The notes under the pieces are model-generated. The model did no database searches. It was not told where the DNA came from and saw only the letters and a list, made by a program, of their open reading frames with translations. DNA of 32,000 bases from Phycisphaera mikurensis NBRC 102666 (GTDB lineage: Bacteria > Planctomycetota > Phycisphaerae > Phycisphaerales > Phycisphaeraceae). The position numbers and the translations under genes are program-made. The stretch lies in assembly GCF_000284115.1 (NCBI RefSeq), contig NC_017080.1, positions 30,001 through 62,000 of the forward strand, written 5' to 3'. Shown here piece by piece: positions 31,908-32,000 of this stretch. How positions within the stretch are numbered: the stretch's first letter is position 1; every line of letters begins with the position of its first letter.

Positions 31908-32000
31908 CGGTTTCCTCAGTCAGCCCTCACGGAGGGGCTTGTTCGCAGGCACCACAGCCGTGCCCGAGTCCTCGGACCGCGTCGCCGGCGTCGAACACGA

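Overview
Very GC-rich bacterial chromosomal window. PEP-CTERM/DUF4394, an RRM protein, GT9 and ExbBD suggest a diderm, possibly Planctomycetota-like; that is inference only. The backbone is housekeeping: pdhA/pdhB, msrA, nusB, ftsY, ribB-type, tRNA-Ile, mscS/mscL and envelope sugar genes. Most long ORFs in the six-frame track are antisense or frame-shifted GC artefacts. I kept about 35 CDSs whose protein motifs I can read directly. Five regions deserve a second look. (1) A 7.5-kb, translationally coupled minus-strand operon (4299-11754) joins ExbB-ExbD-ExbD to two membrane-anchored vWA proteins. These have TonB-style architecture (His-containing TM helix, Pro-rich spacer, globular C-terminal domain). 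Two Ala-rich exported proteins complete the operon, and no canonical TonB/TolA or TonB-dependent receptor is visible. This is my best candidate for an undescribed PMF-driven envelope system. (2) A tandem array of 103-bp units (five complete units plus a sixth divergent one), each a long nested hairpin (17461-18045), lies in a convergent intergenic gap next to a GIY-YIG protein with a Tat-like signal. Short solo relatives occur elsewhere. (3) An HUH/Y1 RAYT-like transposase (29723-30325) is flanked on both sides by arrays of 107-bp REPIN-like double palindromes. A REPIN-bracketed two-gene cargo of unknown function lies beside it. (4) A compact TM-peptide/HicB/HicA module is inserted between pdhA and pdhB. 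(5) The RibB fusion has a GTP-cyclohydrolase-II-like domain lacking all three zinc cysteines. No CRISPR array, rRNA or recognisable known defence gene was seen. All homology calls come from motifs read by eye; no database search was possible.
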